A model generated the notes under the pieces. That model was not told the origin of the DNA. It ran no database searches and saw only the letters and a program-made list of their open reading frames with translations. The translations under genes and the position numbers were made by a program. A stretch of DNA of 64,000 bases, taken from Somniosus microcephalus. Lineage: Eukaryota. Numbering within the stretch: the stretch's first letter is position 1; each line of letters starts with the position of its first letter. The stretch lies in contig CM126210.1 of assembly GCA_052327205.1 (NCBI GenBank), positions 24,924,001 to 24,988,000 on the forward strand, read 5' to 3'. Below are positions 39,738 to 53,001 of this stretch, piece by piece.

Positions 39738-41464
39738 GTGCTGTTGATTTGAAAGGCACATTTACAACGATTACGAAAAACAAATCTAACACATGAAAAT
39801 TACATTAAAAATATTTGACCAAGTTATTCACAGAACTTGCATTGTTCTGAGTAAATGTAGCTTGCAAATTTCCATTCTTTTTTTAAAAACACAACGAAAC
39901 CAACATTCTTTTTTCCTGCAATTCCTCCCAGGAAAATTGGTTGAACTGGGTCAACTATTTATAGTATTCAGGACATGAGTGGAAGGCACTAAACATAATG
40001 CTGATTCACTGGAGATCAAAGTCTGACCCCAAAATCAACAGACCAATACTCCTACAGCTAAAACACTCAAGCAGGATTCTCACAAGGAAACTTGCTTGGC
40101 TCCACTCAATTTCTCTGTTTTCTCAAGGGTGATGCTGTTCTCTTTGCTGGTGTTATTATCTGTAGATAATTCCCTAGCTGAAAGATAAGTGAATATGCAC
40201 AGATATTAACAATGGATAGACAAGTGATGTGTTACCTGAGGGGCTGAAGCAACCAAATCAGGAATTGTGTTGAGGCGGTATGGCCATGATGGTCCCTGCT
40301 CAGCTGTACTCTACCGAGATTTTTCATCTTTTCAGTTATAAGCATTCAATTTCAATGAAATTGGTATTCACATTTGATCTACACTGCAGCAGACAAGTGC
40401 ACATATGGTTGAAATAACTGATGGAAGAATGGAAATCATCAAAGATCCTTTGACTTAATCATAGTCATCATTAATTTCAATGCTCTACAAAGCCCAGAAC
40501 TGCCCAGTGATGCTATATTTTAGCTCTCTTTGGCAGTCTACAGAGAAATAATCTCTTGTTCCTGGACTCACCAGACTGGTGGACTGATTAAGGAGAACAT
40601 ACTCCATGCTAGAGTTCATTTTTCCTAATATCAAATGTGGCTGGACTGTCCGTTCCCTTCAGGATTAAGAATGAAAAAGTAAAAGTTGTTGGTAGTTAAG
40701 CAGGCACTGATTTTGAAACAAGAACTGCTGCAACTGGACTGTGATAACCTACCGAGAAAGCCAACCATGAAACATTCCAGTTTTTCTGCCTGTGGAACAC
40801 GGTCCCAGAGACACTGTCTGGAATTCTGTGGAAGGTTTTTTTATGTGAAAGTTTAAATACAGTTAGCCATCACTTGCTGAAACATGTTCAGGTTGTGAGA
40901 AATCGGTGACTTGTCCTTTGCTACTGCAGTACAATTCATCTAAGTCTTGCTGCCAAGAATTGTGGTCAATTCCATGGTGCTGTTACAATCATCTGTGACC
41001 TACTCTGCTATACCACCTAATTCACAAAAATAATACTGGATGCATGTCTCATAACCAGACTTCAAGCAGATAAATTCAGTGGCTGAAAAATAGTTTCTTA
41101 TTAACGATTAGCATGGGCAGTAATTTTAACTTTGGGCATTGGAGTACATCCGTTATTGAGTCAGAAAATCCTGGAAGAATAAAGTTCCTGTTTTGGTGAA
41201 AATCAGTGTTACAGAGGTTGTGATCAACATGACAAGTGGCAAATGCATTATGGAAATGTCCAAGTTTAGAAAGAAATAGTCTCCATCACCTACACCCTTA
41301 TTTCTCATTCAAATCAGTGAAACATAATGCCTTGTACGTACTCACAAAATTTTGTTTTGCAATGCTACCAGTGTGCCAAGGACATTTTGGGGTTTTCTGG
41401 TTATCTTGTCTAGAGATTAAAACTCACGTAACCAACATGTTTCAGACAAAGTAGAAATACTTAC

Positions 41465-41626
41465 CAGGCATAGATGGAGCTGTTGCCCGGTGCCCAGTGC
41501 TTTTTATAGTTCCTTCGTATGCAACAGTGATATCGTACACGGCATCTAGGTGACCTCTCATTGCGTTAATGGCTACTCGCGTTGCCTTCACACGTGGTGA
41601 CATTGTATGTCTTAGTTCTGGCAGCT
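41465..41626 (-). CDS. AGPAT5: AGPAT5 internal coding exon (probably exon 6), 162 bp, phase 1/1
   Basis: tctttcag|AGCTGCCA...ATGCCTG|gtaagt translates to (E)LPELRHTMSPRVKATRVAINAMRGHLDAVYDITVAYEGTIKSTGHRATAPSMP, with the PRxKA and LDAVYDIT motifs. It lies inside ORF 41442..41675. Confidence 0.96.
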
Positions 41627-42259
41627 CTGAAAGACAGCAAGAAATATTTACAACTGGGAAGGGAAATGTTAACAAAACAAATTATGTCTTAAACAATGGC
41701 GCACAATACATGAAGGGTGAAGTTAAATGATAAAGCATCCTAGCTGTGAGATTAAATCTGCAGCTGATGTTAATTGCAATTCCTTGTTTGTTACATCTCG
41801 TGTTAAATATCAGAACCTACTGCATGAAAGACAATTCTATTTTTAGGATAATGAGCTTAATATGAAATATGGTTACCTCTGGAAGTGTGGAACAGTGAAA
41901 TGAGAAAGGCCAGCACAACAGACACTGATCACGAACCTGTAATGTTTTGGTGGCATTGTTTGTAGTTGTTGCGTAATAATTTTATTTGCATGATATGGAA
42001 GTCTCCAGATATGGTTGGCTAAAAAAGGGTTTCAGTTCTTATTCATGCTCACTGTCGAAGCATAATACACTTTCTAACATTCAATGTTATTGTTCAAGCG
42101 TTCACATGTTTAACATTTTCATTAATCACTTTTACCTTAAATATTAGTGTAGTAACATATGAAATGCATCCTAACCTCACTCAGGAATGAGTTACTGCAC
42201 CTGTATTCTCCAGTTACTAGAAATCAAAAAGAAAACACCTTTGTTTTGTCAACCATATT

Positions 42260-42475
42260 TTTTTTTATTATTCGTTCATGGGATGTGGGTGTCACTGGCA
42301 AGGCCAGCATTTATTACCCATCCCTAACTGCCCTTGGTGGTGGTGAGTTGCCTTCTTGAACCGCTGCAGTCCATGAGGTGAAGGTACTCCCACAGTGCTG
42401 TTAGGGAGGGAGTTCCAGGTTTTTGACCCAGCGACGATGAAGGATCGAGGAACGGCAATATATTTCCAAGATTTT
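42260..42475 (-). mobile_element. Non-LTR retrotransposon 3' end (same family as 6185-6455)
   Basis: Reverse-complement similarity to 6185-6455, with T-rich tail. Confidence 0.75.
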
Positions 42476-43084
42476 TAATATATATCTTATATCATCTGTC
42501 AACCTTTGCCATTATAAATTCTTACGCCCCCATTTATAATAGAAACTGCACATAAACTTGTCAGTGATCCTGTAGTGCCTCAGTTTTTCAGCTTAGCTCA
42601 ACATGTAGCGACTTGGTGCGGAATAGGATACGGGCAGCAGAGCTTTGGATGAGCTGATGTGTTGGACGATAATATGGAGGAGGAAACAGGCAGCCTTTGT
42701 GAGAGAGAAGATATGGGGACAAAAGCTCAGTTCAAAAATAGAAAAGGGATGATTCTTAATCAACGGGGAAGAAAACAGGTGCTCATTCACAACATTACAT
42801 CTTTTCCAACTAAAATCTAGTTTTAGATATTAATTCTAAAACTGTGTGTAATGCTACATAGCCAGAAAAAGTGAAAATTTTATTTTAATTTAGAAATAAA
42901 GCAATTTGTATAACACACATACAGCTACAATAGAATCCCTTTTTACAAAACAATTACTGACAGAGACTTGGATAAAGTTAGGCTCTTGATAATACTCCAA
43001 GAAGCAGAGCTACATCACAAATTGATTAATAACTGTCCAACACTCAACAAATTGAAACCAGAGTCTGCGTCATCATCCAAACAG

Positions 43085-43610
43085 TAGGAAGGACGTTTTT
43101 GCCATGGAAGGAGTGCAGTGAAGATTCACCAGGCTGATACCTGGGATGGCAGGAATGATGTATGAGGAGAGATTGGGTCGATTGGGCTTACACTCGCTGG
43201 AGTTTAGAAGAATGAGAGGGGATCTCATTGAAACTTATAAAATTCTGGCAGGACTGGGCAGACTAGATGCAGGAAGGATGTTCCCGATGGTCGGGGGATC
43301 CAGAGCCAGGGGTCACAGCCTAAGGATAAGGGGTAGGCCTTTTAGGACAGAAATGAGGAGGAATTTCCTCACCCAGAGAGTGGTGAACCTGTGGAATTCT
43401 CTACCACAGAAGGCAGTAGAGGCCAATTCATTAAATATATTCAAGAAGGAGTTGGATATATTTCTTAAGGCTAAAGGGATCAAGGGATATGGGGAGAAGG
43501 CAGGGACAGGGTACTGAATTTGGATGATCAGCCATGATCGCATTGAATGGTGGAGCAGGCGCGAGGGGCCGAATGGCCTACTCCTGCTCCTATCTTCTAT
43601 GTTTCTATGT
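43085..43610 (+). mobile_element. Young CR1 3' fragment
   Basis: ORF 43146..43517 YEERLGRLGLHSLEFRRMRGDLIETYKI...FLTQRVVNLWNSLP is the CR1 ORF2 C-terminus, followed by the tail. Confidence 0.95.
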
Positions 43611-44094
43611 ATTGGCATCAGAGCTGGATTGGGTACAAAAATTACTAGATGCATGTCTAAGGTTTAGGAGGTCAGTACAAGCATGGGAAGCCTTATAGTA
43701 TGACGCATAAATCCACCAGCAACTCTATAAATGTTACAGATCACTTTATATCAACAGATGGCTTGGAATCAAGCTGCCTACACACAAACTACCACAAAAT
43801 AGAAAGGGGGTAGGAGGACAACAGATGTTGCCCGATAGTTCTATTCTTGGAGCAAAAGCTGGTTCTTTGAGCAAAGTCTAATTCTCCTGTGGCTTTCGAA
43901 ACAGTGTGGTGGAATTTCCCTTCGGGGTGTAATCAGGAAGTTACACCCAAAATTATGCCAATTTGTACGGCCATCTTGCCGATGTCTTTACACCCAAATT
44001 TTCTGTCCATTTCATTAATATACAGTGAAATGTAAAAATGGACATAAACAATCAGGGCCGAGGAAAGCAACAAACTCAAACTCACCAAATATTC

Positions 44095-44440
44095 CTTCAG
44101 TGTTGATCAGGGGAGCACTGTTTTCACCCAGTGTCAAACACTCCCACAGTCAGCTATAGAGTAAAGCTTTGCCTCACTGTGCCCACGTTCCAACCGTAGA
44201 TGAGGCTCTCTTCTTCCCTAATGGGAATTCATTTCCCACACAATAAATCCATATGGTCTCTCAGATTGCCAGTTAGCAGTTTTAGGTCCATGCCCATTAT
44301 GAACTGGGTTGAGACCACCTGATTGTGAGGCCTTCACAGCCAGCAAATGGAGGAGGCTTTCATCCCAGGTCGGAGTTGAATTATAACCTAGGGTCCCAGA
44401 GTTGAAAATCTAGGGTTGAACCACTCCATTACCAGTAGCC
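44095..44440 (-). mobile_element. LF-SINE-like element, second copy
   Basis: Minus strand ttttcaactctgg...ggtggtctcaacccagttcataatgggcatgg...actggcaatctgagaga, with tail tgggagtgtttgacactgg. Confidence 0.6.
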
Positions 44441-45094
44441 CAGCAACAAATTTTAGAAGACAGCTATTACATGACAACCCGGAGTGCTAAACTGCCTTAC
44501 CCTCAGCTACCAGTGATTGAGGTGTCATATCTCTCAGACAACTGCAGATAGGGTTTCCAAACAAAGATATCTAATGCAGGGAAGCTCCAAGTAAATACAA
44601 CAAACACCAACAGGATGATGCAAAAAGATCAAGGCTCAAAAGGCAGACTCATTTAAAATTCAAAAATGCTGTTCTCTTTCATAGTCCACTTCCCCCTCCC
44701 AAAGACACACTGCCCTTTTGTCAAACCCAACCCTCTGACAAATCATTACCATACATTTCTCCATTCTCAAAATAAGAAACTTCATGGTAACCATTAAAAG
44801 GCTGAAACTTTTTGTTACATGTACTTTAAACTGTTCAACATTTCAGAGCTTCCAAAAACAATTGCCCTCCTTTTCAATACTAAATCATCTTGAAAAATGG
44901 GAATATTGCAAAGTAGATCAAAAGAAAACTAATACCTGTTACTCATCAGTTCAGAGTCTGGATTTTTTTTTTTTTAAGCTGATCATTAATATGGTGTTCT
45001 GCATACAATTTTCATTAATTAAATTATTATAAAGAGACTACAATAAAAAATTACGTTGCAACAGTTCACTGGTGCTACAATTAGTTGTGTCCCG

Positions 45095-45375
45095 ACAAGC
45101 GCTTTACAGCCAATTAAATACTTAAGTGCAGTCACTGCTGTAATATAGGAAACGTGGCACTCAAATTGCACACAGCAAGCTCTCAAGTGATGATGACCAG
45201 ATAATCTGCTTTAGTGATGTTGATGGAGGGTTAAATGTTGGTCAGGACACCGGGGAGAACTCCCCTGCTCTTCTTCGAAATAGTGCCATGGTATCTTATA
45301 CATTAAACCGCAGCCCCGTCTGCACTCAATGTCTCATCAGAAAGACGGCACCTCCAACTAAGCCACGGCCGACAC
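45095..45375 (-). mobile_element. Deu-domain SINE, internally deleted
   Basis: Reverse complement gives head tgtcggccgtggcttagtt joined to ggaggtgccgtctttc...ccatggcactatttcgaagaagagcagggg. Confidence 0.85.
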
Positions 45376-45559
45376 ATATTCTCTAGATGTCGAGAACCTA
45401 AGCAGAGTTACACAGAAGGCACCAACTAGAGGTTTGTAAAGGTCCAAAATAAAATCTGAGCACGCAATCAATTCTATTCACTTTTCTCTGTTGGCTAAAT
45501 AGATTTTTTTATTTTTCACTTAATAAGAGTTTGCAATCAACATTTGGTCACTAGCAGAA

Positions 45560-45930
45560 GGGAGTGAACCATGGACCTCCTTAATCCACGTGGCTCAGCA
45601 GCACTTTACTCCCCACTGAGACATCAGAGCAACTTAGAAGATACAACTTCACGAGCAATCACAGTTAAGTTCAAAAGATTTCCCGATTTTATTTGTCTTC
45701 AGGAATCCAAGATAAGGGAATGTCCTCAGGATTCCTCCAACTGCAACATCGGCAACTTCTGACACCAAAATTCTTCCACTTAGGAGTCCACCATCTCAAA
45801 GTCAACTTGAAGTCCTGGCCTATTTCTTTTAATCAGGACATCAGTAAACACTTGGGGAATAGTAGATCAAAAGTTGAATTTGAACAGTTGGCCTCATATG
45901 TAATACCATTACTATGGCTGTTCAGACGGA
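45560..45930 (+). mobile_element. Possible decayed L1/Tx1 ORF1 remnant
   Basis: SRAITVKFKRF...ISFNQDISKHL resembles the RxIxVKF...FxQDxS pattern of L1 ORF1p. Frameshifted and weak. Confidence 0.3.
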
Positions 45931-46079
45931 CCAGGCATTCCCTGTCTCAAAGCCCAAGAATCAAAGCTCCGAAGGGGCTAACTTCAATTTTACAGCCTGC
46001 CAACTCTTTGTTCAATTTGTTCATCCCTGTTTGGCATAAAAATAAAACAAAAAAGGTGACAACCATGGCAAACAAGGGA

Positions 46080-48658
46080 AATTAGGGATAGCATAAGATC
46101 CAAGGAGAGGACATTCAATTTGGCCAGAAAAAGCAGCAAACCTGAGGATTGGGAGCAGTTAAGGATTCAGCAAAGGAGGACAAAGGGATTAATTAAGAGG
46201 GGGAAAATAGATTGAGAGAGTAAGCTTGCAGGGAACATAAAAACTGACTGTAAAAGCGTCTATAGATATGTGAAGAGAAAGAGATTGGTGAAGTCAAGTG
46301 TAGGTCCCTTGCAGTCAGAATCAGGGGAATTTATAATGGGGAACAAAGAAATGGCAGCCCAATTAAATACATATTTTGGTTCTGTCTTCACAAAGGAGGA
46401 CACAAATAACCTCCCAGAGATGTCAGGGAACATAGGGGGAGAAATTGGGTGAGTAGCGCCACCTGTTAGCGCCTAAAGAGGCAGTCAGTGGCTGTAGCGC
46501 CACTGGCTGCGTCTCCCGCGATATTCAGTAGGGGCGCTAATGGTGGCGTTAGGCATTTGCGCTGTGCCGCCACCGATGACGTCATCGGTGTGCGCAGCGC
46601 CCCATTCGTGCCCCGTTCGCGATATTTGGTAGCGAACGGCGCAGTTGCGCCGTTCGCTATCCGTGCCCGGTTCACGGGGCCTTACTGTGCCGGCAGCGGC
46701 GCAAGTTAAGGTGGAGGCGCAGGGCGGCCGCTTTTTCGGCGGCCGCCTGCCAGCACCCCCCGCCCCCCACCCCCCACGGCATTGCCGGCTGTTTCCCGAG
46801 CGCCCGGCACTTCTCCTTGGTGCCGGGCTCATTTGCCGGCACTCGCGAGTGGGGATCGCGTTGTTGCAGGCACCTCCCCCTTAACAGTGGGAGGAAGGCC
46901 TGCAGTACCGCAGCGTGTGGCGCTGCGATAATCAGTTTCAGCGCCCTAAGAGGGACGCGGAGCGCCTCGAGCCTCGCCCCGTGTCCCTCGAGGGGCACTG
47001 AAACTGAATTTCTGGCGATCGGTATCACTCCGATCGCTGCGCTAAATCCTGTGCTCAGTCGACTTTTGCGCCACTTTGGCGCCCCAACCCAATTTCTAGG
47101 CCATAGTGTCTAATGAGGGAGGAATTGAATATTTGTAGGGAAATGGTGTTAGGGAAATTGACGGGATTGAAGGCCGATAAATCCCCAGGGCCTGATGATC
47201 TACATCCTAGGCTACTTAAGGAAGTGGCCCTAGAAATAGTAGATGCATTGCTGGTCATCTTCCAAAATTCTATAGACTCTGGAACAGTTGCCATAGATTG
47301 GAGGATAGCTAATGTAACCCCACTATTTAAAAAGGGTGGTAGAGAAAAAACAGGGAATTATAGACCGGTAAGCCTGACATCGGTAGTGGGGAAAATGCTA
47401 GAGTCCATTATAAAAGATGTAACAGCAGAGCACTTGGAAAACAGTGACAGGATCGGACAAAGTCAACATGGATTTACAAAAGGTAAATCATGCTTGACTA
47501 ATCTACTGGAATTTTTTGAGGATGTAACTGGTAGAATAGATAAGGGAGAACCAGTGGATGTGGTGTATTTGGACTTTCAGAAGGCTTTCGATAAGGTCCC
47601 GCATAAGAGATTAGTGTGTAAAGTTAAAGCACATGGGATTGGGGGTAAGGTACTGTCTTGGATAGAGAACTGGTTGGCAGACAGGAAGCAAAGAGTTGGA
47701 ATAAACGGATCTTTTTCTGAGTGGCAGGCAGTAACCAGTGGGGTACCTCAGGGATCGGTGCTAGGACCCCAGCTATTCACAAGATATATAAATGATGATC
47801 TAGACAAGGGAACTAGATGTAATATCTCCAAGTTTGCAGACGACACAAAGCTGTGTGGGCATGGGTGCTGTGAGGAGGATGCAGAGAAACTCCAGTATGA
47901 TTCGGACAGGTTGGGTGATTATACTGCATTTGCCATGCATCTGCCCAATGTGGATAAATGCGAGGTGGCAAAAACAGGAAGACACATTATCTGAACGGCA
48001 ATAGATTGGGAAAACTGTCCTTGTGCACCAGTTGCTGAAGGTAAGCATGCAGGTGCAGCAGGCAGTTAAGAAGGCAAATGGTATGTTGGCCTTCATAGCG
48101 AGAGGATTCGAGTACAGGAGCAAGGATGTCTTGCTGCAATTGTACAGGGCCTTGGTGAGACCACACCTTGAGTACTGTGTGCAGTTTTGGTCACCTTATC
48201 TGAGGAAGGATGTTCTTGCCATGGAGAGAGTGCAGCAAAGATTCACCAGACTGACAGTTTAGAAGAATGAGAGGGGATTTCATTGAAACTTATAAAATTC
48301 TAACAGGACTAGACACAGGAAGGATGTTCCCGATGGCGGGGGAGTCCAGAACCAGGGGTCACAGTCGAAGGATAAGGGGTAAGCCAATTAGGACAGAGAT
48401 GAGGAGGAATTTCTTCACCCAGAGAGTGGTGAACCTATGGAATTCTCTGCCACACAGGGCAGTTGAGGCCAATTCATTAAATATATTCAAGAAGGAGTTG
48501 GATATATTTCTTGAGGCTAAAGGGATCAAGGGATATGGGGGGAAAGCGGGGACAGGGTACTGAATTTGGATGATCAGCCATGATCTCATTTAAAATGGCG
48601 GAGCGGGCTTGAGGGGCCGAATGGCCTACTCCTGCTCCTATCTTCTATGTTTCTATGT
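46080..48658 (+). mobile_element. CR1 LINE ORF2 fragment (reverse transcriptase), disrupted
   Basis: ORF 47113..47994 has [33 protein letters not shown] and KFADD. It has frameshifts and deletions, an intact 3' tail, and a MITE insertion. Confidence 0.97.
46435..47102. mobile_element. Young CpG-rich MITE (Harbinger-like) inserted in CR1
   Basis: Termini gggggagaaattgggt / acccaatttctaggcc with ATA duplicated (46432-34, 47103-05). CR1 sequence resumes across the junction. Confidence 0.9.
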
Positions 48659-48899
48659 TTACGGTGGTCTTCATGGCTGCCAAACAATTCATCACCAGCT
48701 GATCTGATGGCAATGCGGCCACAGAAACAGAGACAAGTTTTTCTGATCACAGACATTAAGAGGTGCAGGCGTGTGGCCAGCTGCAAGAAGGCAACACTTA
48801 CTGAAAGTGGAGGGTCCCAAGCTCACCACAGCAGTCCCTTTGTGCTTAAAAAAAACTGATGAATGCACCCAATCGATTAGCCAGTCGATGCCAAGCCTG

Positions 48900-49355
48900 A
48901 ATTGACAGGTGCTCTGAACACTGTCTTTGGCCTCAGCTAAACTCCATACCCTTGCCACAGATTCCATCCTCCTCCCCAATCACACCGCACATTATAGTTG
49001 GAATCAAATTGTTCGCAACCTCGGCATCATATTTGACCTTGAGCGGAGCTTCTGACCGCATATACTCTCCAGCAAAAAAAACCCCTACCGATACCTCCGC
49101 AGTATCACCAGTCTCTGCCCCTGCCTCAGCCCATCTGGTGCTGAAACCCTCATCCATACCGATCAACTCCAGACTCAACTATCCCAATGTTCTATTGGCT
49201 GGCCGCCCATCCTCCATAAACATCAGTTCATCCAAAACTCTGCTGCCCGTATCCTACCCTGCACCACATCCCGCTTACCCATCACCCTGATCTACATTAG
49301 CTCCCAGCTCCCCAACACCCAAAATTTTAAAATCTCAACCTTCTGTTTAAATCCC
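48900..49355 (+). mobile_element. Decayed L2 fragment
   Basis: gttcgcaacctcggcatcatatttgac...ctgaaacccctcatccat...atccaaaactctgctgcccgtatcct. Confidence 0.7.
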
Positions 49356-49529
49356 GTTTCCAAGAGGCAAAGTAAGAAAGTGCGTTCAACGAGAGTATCT
49401 AAAGTGTGTTCGTTTGGCAAACCCAGCTAGCTTGGGGGGAATTCAGAGCAGCCCTACTATCGCTGCCATTCTGTCAGAATGAATTTCAAACTAATCAGGA
49501 ATTAATTTCTTTTTGAAATACCCTGTGTT

Positions 49530-50960
49530 AGAATCATAGAATGGTTACAGCACAGTAAGGGCCATTCGGCCCGTCGAGCCCATTCTGGCTCTCTGCAAGA
49601 GCAATTTTTTCCCCCTTCAGGTACTTAGCCAATTCCCGTTTGAAAGCCACTATTGAACCTGCCTCCACCACCCTTTCAGGCAGTGCATTCCAGGTCATAC
49701 CACTCGCTACGTAAAAAAGCTGTTCCTCATGTCGCCTTTGGATCTTTCGCCAATCACCTTAAATCTGCGTCCTCTGGTTCTCAACCCTTTTTCTCTGTCT
49801 ACTCTGTCGAGACCCCTCATGATTATGAACACCTCCATCAAATCTCCCCTCAATCTTCTCTGCTCGAAGGAGAACAACCCCAGCTTCTCCAGTCTATCCA
49901 CGTAACTGTAATTCCTCATGCCTGGAAACATTCTTGTAAATCTTTTCTGCACCCTCTCAAGCCTTCACATCCTTCTTAAAGTGTGGTGCCCAGAATTGGA
50001 TACAAGACTCCAGTTGTGGCCGAACCAGTGTTTTATAAAAGGTTCATCATAACTTCCTTGCTTTTGTACTCTCTGCCTCTATTTATGAAGCCCAGGATCC
50101 CGTATGCTTTCTTAAACTGCTTTCTCAACCTGCCCTGCCACCTTCAATGATTTGTGCACATATACCCCCAGGTCTCTCTGTTCATGCACCCCCTTTAGAA
50201 TTGTACCCTAGTCTATATTGCCTCTCCTTATTCTTCCTATCAAATTGTGTCACTTCACACTTCTGTGTTAAGTTTCATCTGCCATGTATCCGCCCATGCC
50301 ACCAGCCTGTCTATGTCCTTTTAAAGTCTATCACTAACCTTCTCACTGTTCACTATATTTCCAAGTTTTGTGTCATCTGCAGATTTTGAAATTGTGCCCT
50401 GTCCAAGTCATTAATATATATCAAGAAAAGCAGTGGTCCTAGTACCGACCCCTGGGGAACACCGCTGTATACCTTCCTCCAGTCTGAAAAACAACCATTC
50501 ACCACTACTCTCTGTTTCCTGTCACTTAGCCAATTTCGTATCCGTGCTGCCACTGTCCCTTTTATTCCATGGGCTTCAACTTTGCTGGCAAGCCTAATAT
50601 GTGACACTTTATCAAATGCCTTTTGGAAGTCCATGTACATCACATCAACCGCATTGCCCTCATCAACCCTCTCTGTTACCTCATCAAAATATTCAATCAA
50701 GTTAGTTAAACACGATTTGCCTTTAACAAATCTGTGCTGGCTTCCCTTAATTAATCCACACTTGTCCAAGTGGCTGTTAATTTTGTCCCGGATTGTCGTT
50801 TCTAAAAGCTTTCCCACCACTGAGGTTAAACTGACGGGCCTGTAGTTGCTGGGTTTATCCTTACACCCTTTTTTGAACAATGGTGTAACATTTGCAATTC
50901 TCCAGTCCTCTGGCACCCCCCCCCCCCGTATCCAAGGAGGATTGGAAGATTATGGCCAGT
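49530..50960 (-). mobile_element. CR1 LINE ORF2 fragment
   Basis: ORFs 50353..50916 ([16 protein letters not shown]...[10 protein letters not shown]) and 49707..49952, plus the tail. Confidence 0.97.
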
Positions 50961-51560
50961 ACCATATGGCTAGTTGACACAGAAAGAAGACTGATGGTTG
51001 GAATTCCTTAATGTGTGATAGCCTGACACACAAAATCAGTGCATGGGGAACAAGATATTTTTGATGCTTGGCATTGGGTAAAAACCCGTCCATTTCATGA
51101 TCACTAAACAATGCAAAATTTTGTAATACCCAATATTAACTTGAGTCTTCAGTAAAATATAAACTGGACATAAAATTAAGCCATTAGATCCATGACATAA
51201 GACCAATTCTAGCATTCTAGCTTATGAACGTCACAATACATCTGACAAATAATGTATTTAAATTCCACAGTGAACAAAACAAAAATGTTGCCTCCATTCA
51301 CTCAACATGGGAAGTACAGTGCCAAGATAAAACTGAAGAGGATGTTATGAAACTAAATGATGTAAAGCACAATAGAATAATCACAGTACAATTTCACATA
51401 TTAAACAGGAACTAGATAGTCTGTAATTGTCAAACAAGTACTTTGATTAGGATTTACTTTTTGTTGTTAATTTTTGGTCTCAACATACAAAAATGCAAAT
51501 CTCCAGTGTAAAAATGAGTACCACTTATCAATGCACATAAAAAACAAAACAGTATTTGCT

Positions 51561-52307
51561 GGCCCTGAAATTAGTGTCTTCGATGGCGTACGCTTATGCC
51601 GATGAGCGTACGCCGTCGTAATGCTTCTGAAAGGCCGCGCAACTTCCGGGTTTCCACATGTGCGAAAATCTGGAACTTGCGATGTCAAGGTACGCCTTGA
51701 TGGATCATAGGAACCGAAAGTAAAATCAGTTTAGCTGGCGCAAAGTTGGGCTATTTGCCCAACAACTGCCCACGAAACTCGTACGGCTGGCAAAATCAGA
51801 CATAGGGCCTGCTTTCATCAGCGTCAGGGTTATTATAAATCTTAAATTAAACATTTAAAAATAAAAAATGATGCACACATAAAATTTGTTTATGCAAGTA
51901 TTGGCCCGGATTAAAATGTTTAAAATTATTTTTCAAAGAATTACATTTTTATTGTATTTGGTGTAATGAAGGGAGTTATGAATAAAATTGTAATTCAGAA
52001 CATTTATATTTAATAGAATTATCTGAATTGTTTAATTATTTGGGGATTCCATTGCATGTCATTAGGGGATTCCACTCTTAAATGATTGCAATGGTATCCT
52101 CCTTTCTCACTGGAGTACCGGGCCTGTGTGATCCCAGGGACGCTTCCGAACCACCTGCGTCCTTGGGATCCGTGGATCTTTCCGCTGCCGTATGCATGGG
52201 GGCCCAAGAAAGGAACTCTCCGCAGCTTGGACAACAGCAGGCAGGTGTGGAAACATTTTGCGGGTCGGAGGTGTACTCCAGAGGTACGCCTCCGACTGCA
52301 ATTCTGC
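51561..52307. mobile_element. Diverged relative of MITE family A in opposite orientation
   Basis: Starts ggccctgaaatt. gggcctgtgtgatcccaggga (about 52120) is the reverse complement of the family A motif cctgggatcacgtgggcc. AT-rich core with GC-rich ends. Confidence 0.55.
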
Positions 52308-53001
52308 ACTGGAAAACGAGATCTGAGGCTCGAGTCCTTTCTTTTGGAATGATCATTTTTATTGTGCATCTTGTGGTTTACTGTTTTATCTCGATTCTTG
52401 CAGATATGTTTAGAGAATCTGAGACAAGCGATGCAGTTGTTGCCGTCATCATCTGATGATAGAAATCTTAAGCCCAACTGATGTTGAGAATGAATGAGTT
52501 ATTATATTGTTAGCAATGCTTGTAACCCTTTACAGGACTGAGGCAGTTTTGCTAGCCATTCAGAAATGGATTAGAAATCAGAACAAAATAAATCTTCTAG
52601 TTTAGTTTTGATGCCAAAGAAGGGAAAACAAAGAAAAGTTCTCACTGTCGGATTGTTACAGCAAACCTCGAACGTTAAGCTGCAGAAACTACTGCAGTCT
52701 ACAACGCTGCCCAACATTATCCACCTCAATACCAAAATATAGTGCAAATTAATTTTTCACCTCAAGAGAGTATGAAAGAACCCAGCAAAAAAAAATACAC
52801 TTCTATTGCTTTAAAAATTTATTTTGCTGGGGACATCATCAGGTACCCTTAAAACAGAAGCCAGGTGCAGCACAAAAGGCTCTTCTATCCTTCTTGGACA
52901 CACACCAATGTGGCAGTTCAGTCTTCTAAATTAGCAGCTCCTGTAGCTCCTCCAAGTTAGACAGCCAATTTAATGCTTATAACAGAGTTACGATTGTCCA
53001 A

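Noticed and set aside
46466-47113. Cluster of overlapping ORFs on both strands
   Set aside because: Expected by chance in a very GC-rich MITE. No recognisable protein motifs.
47113-47994. 293-aa reverse transcriptase ORF as an active or domesticated gene
   Set aside because: It is a 5'-truncated CR1 ORF2 with frameshifts on both sides, deletions after FADD and a MITE inserted upstream.
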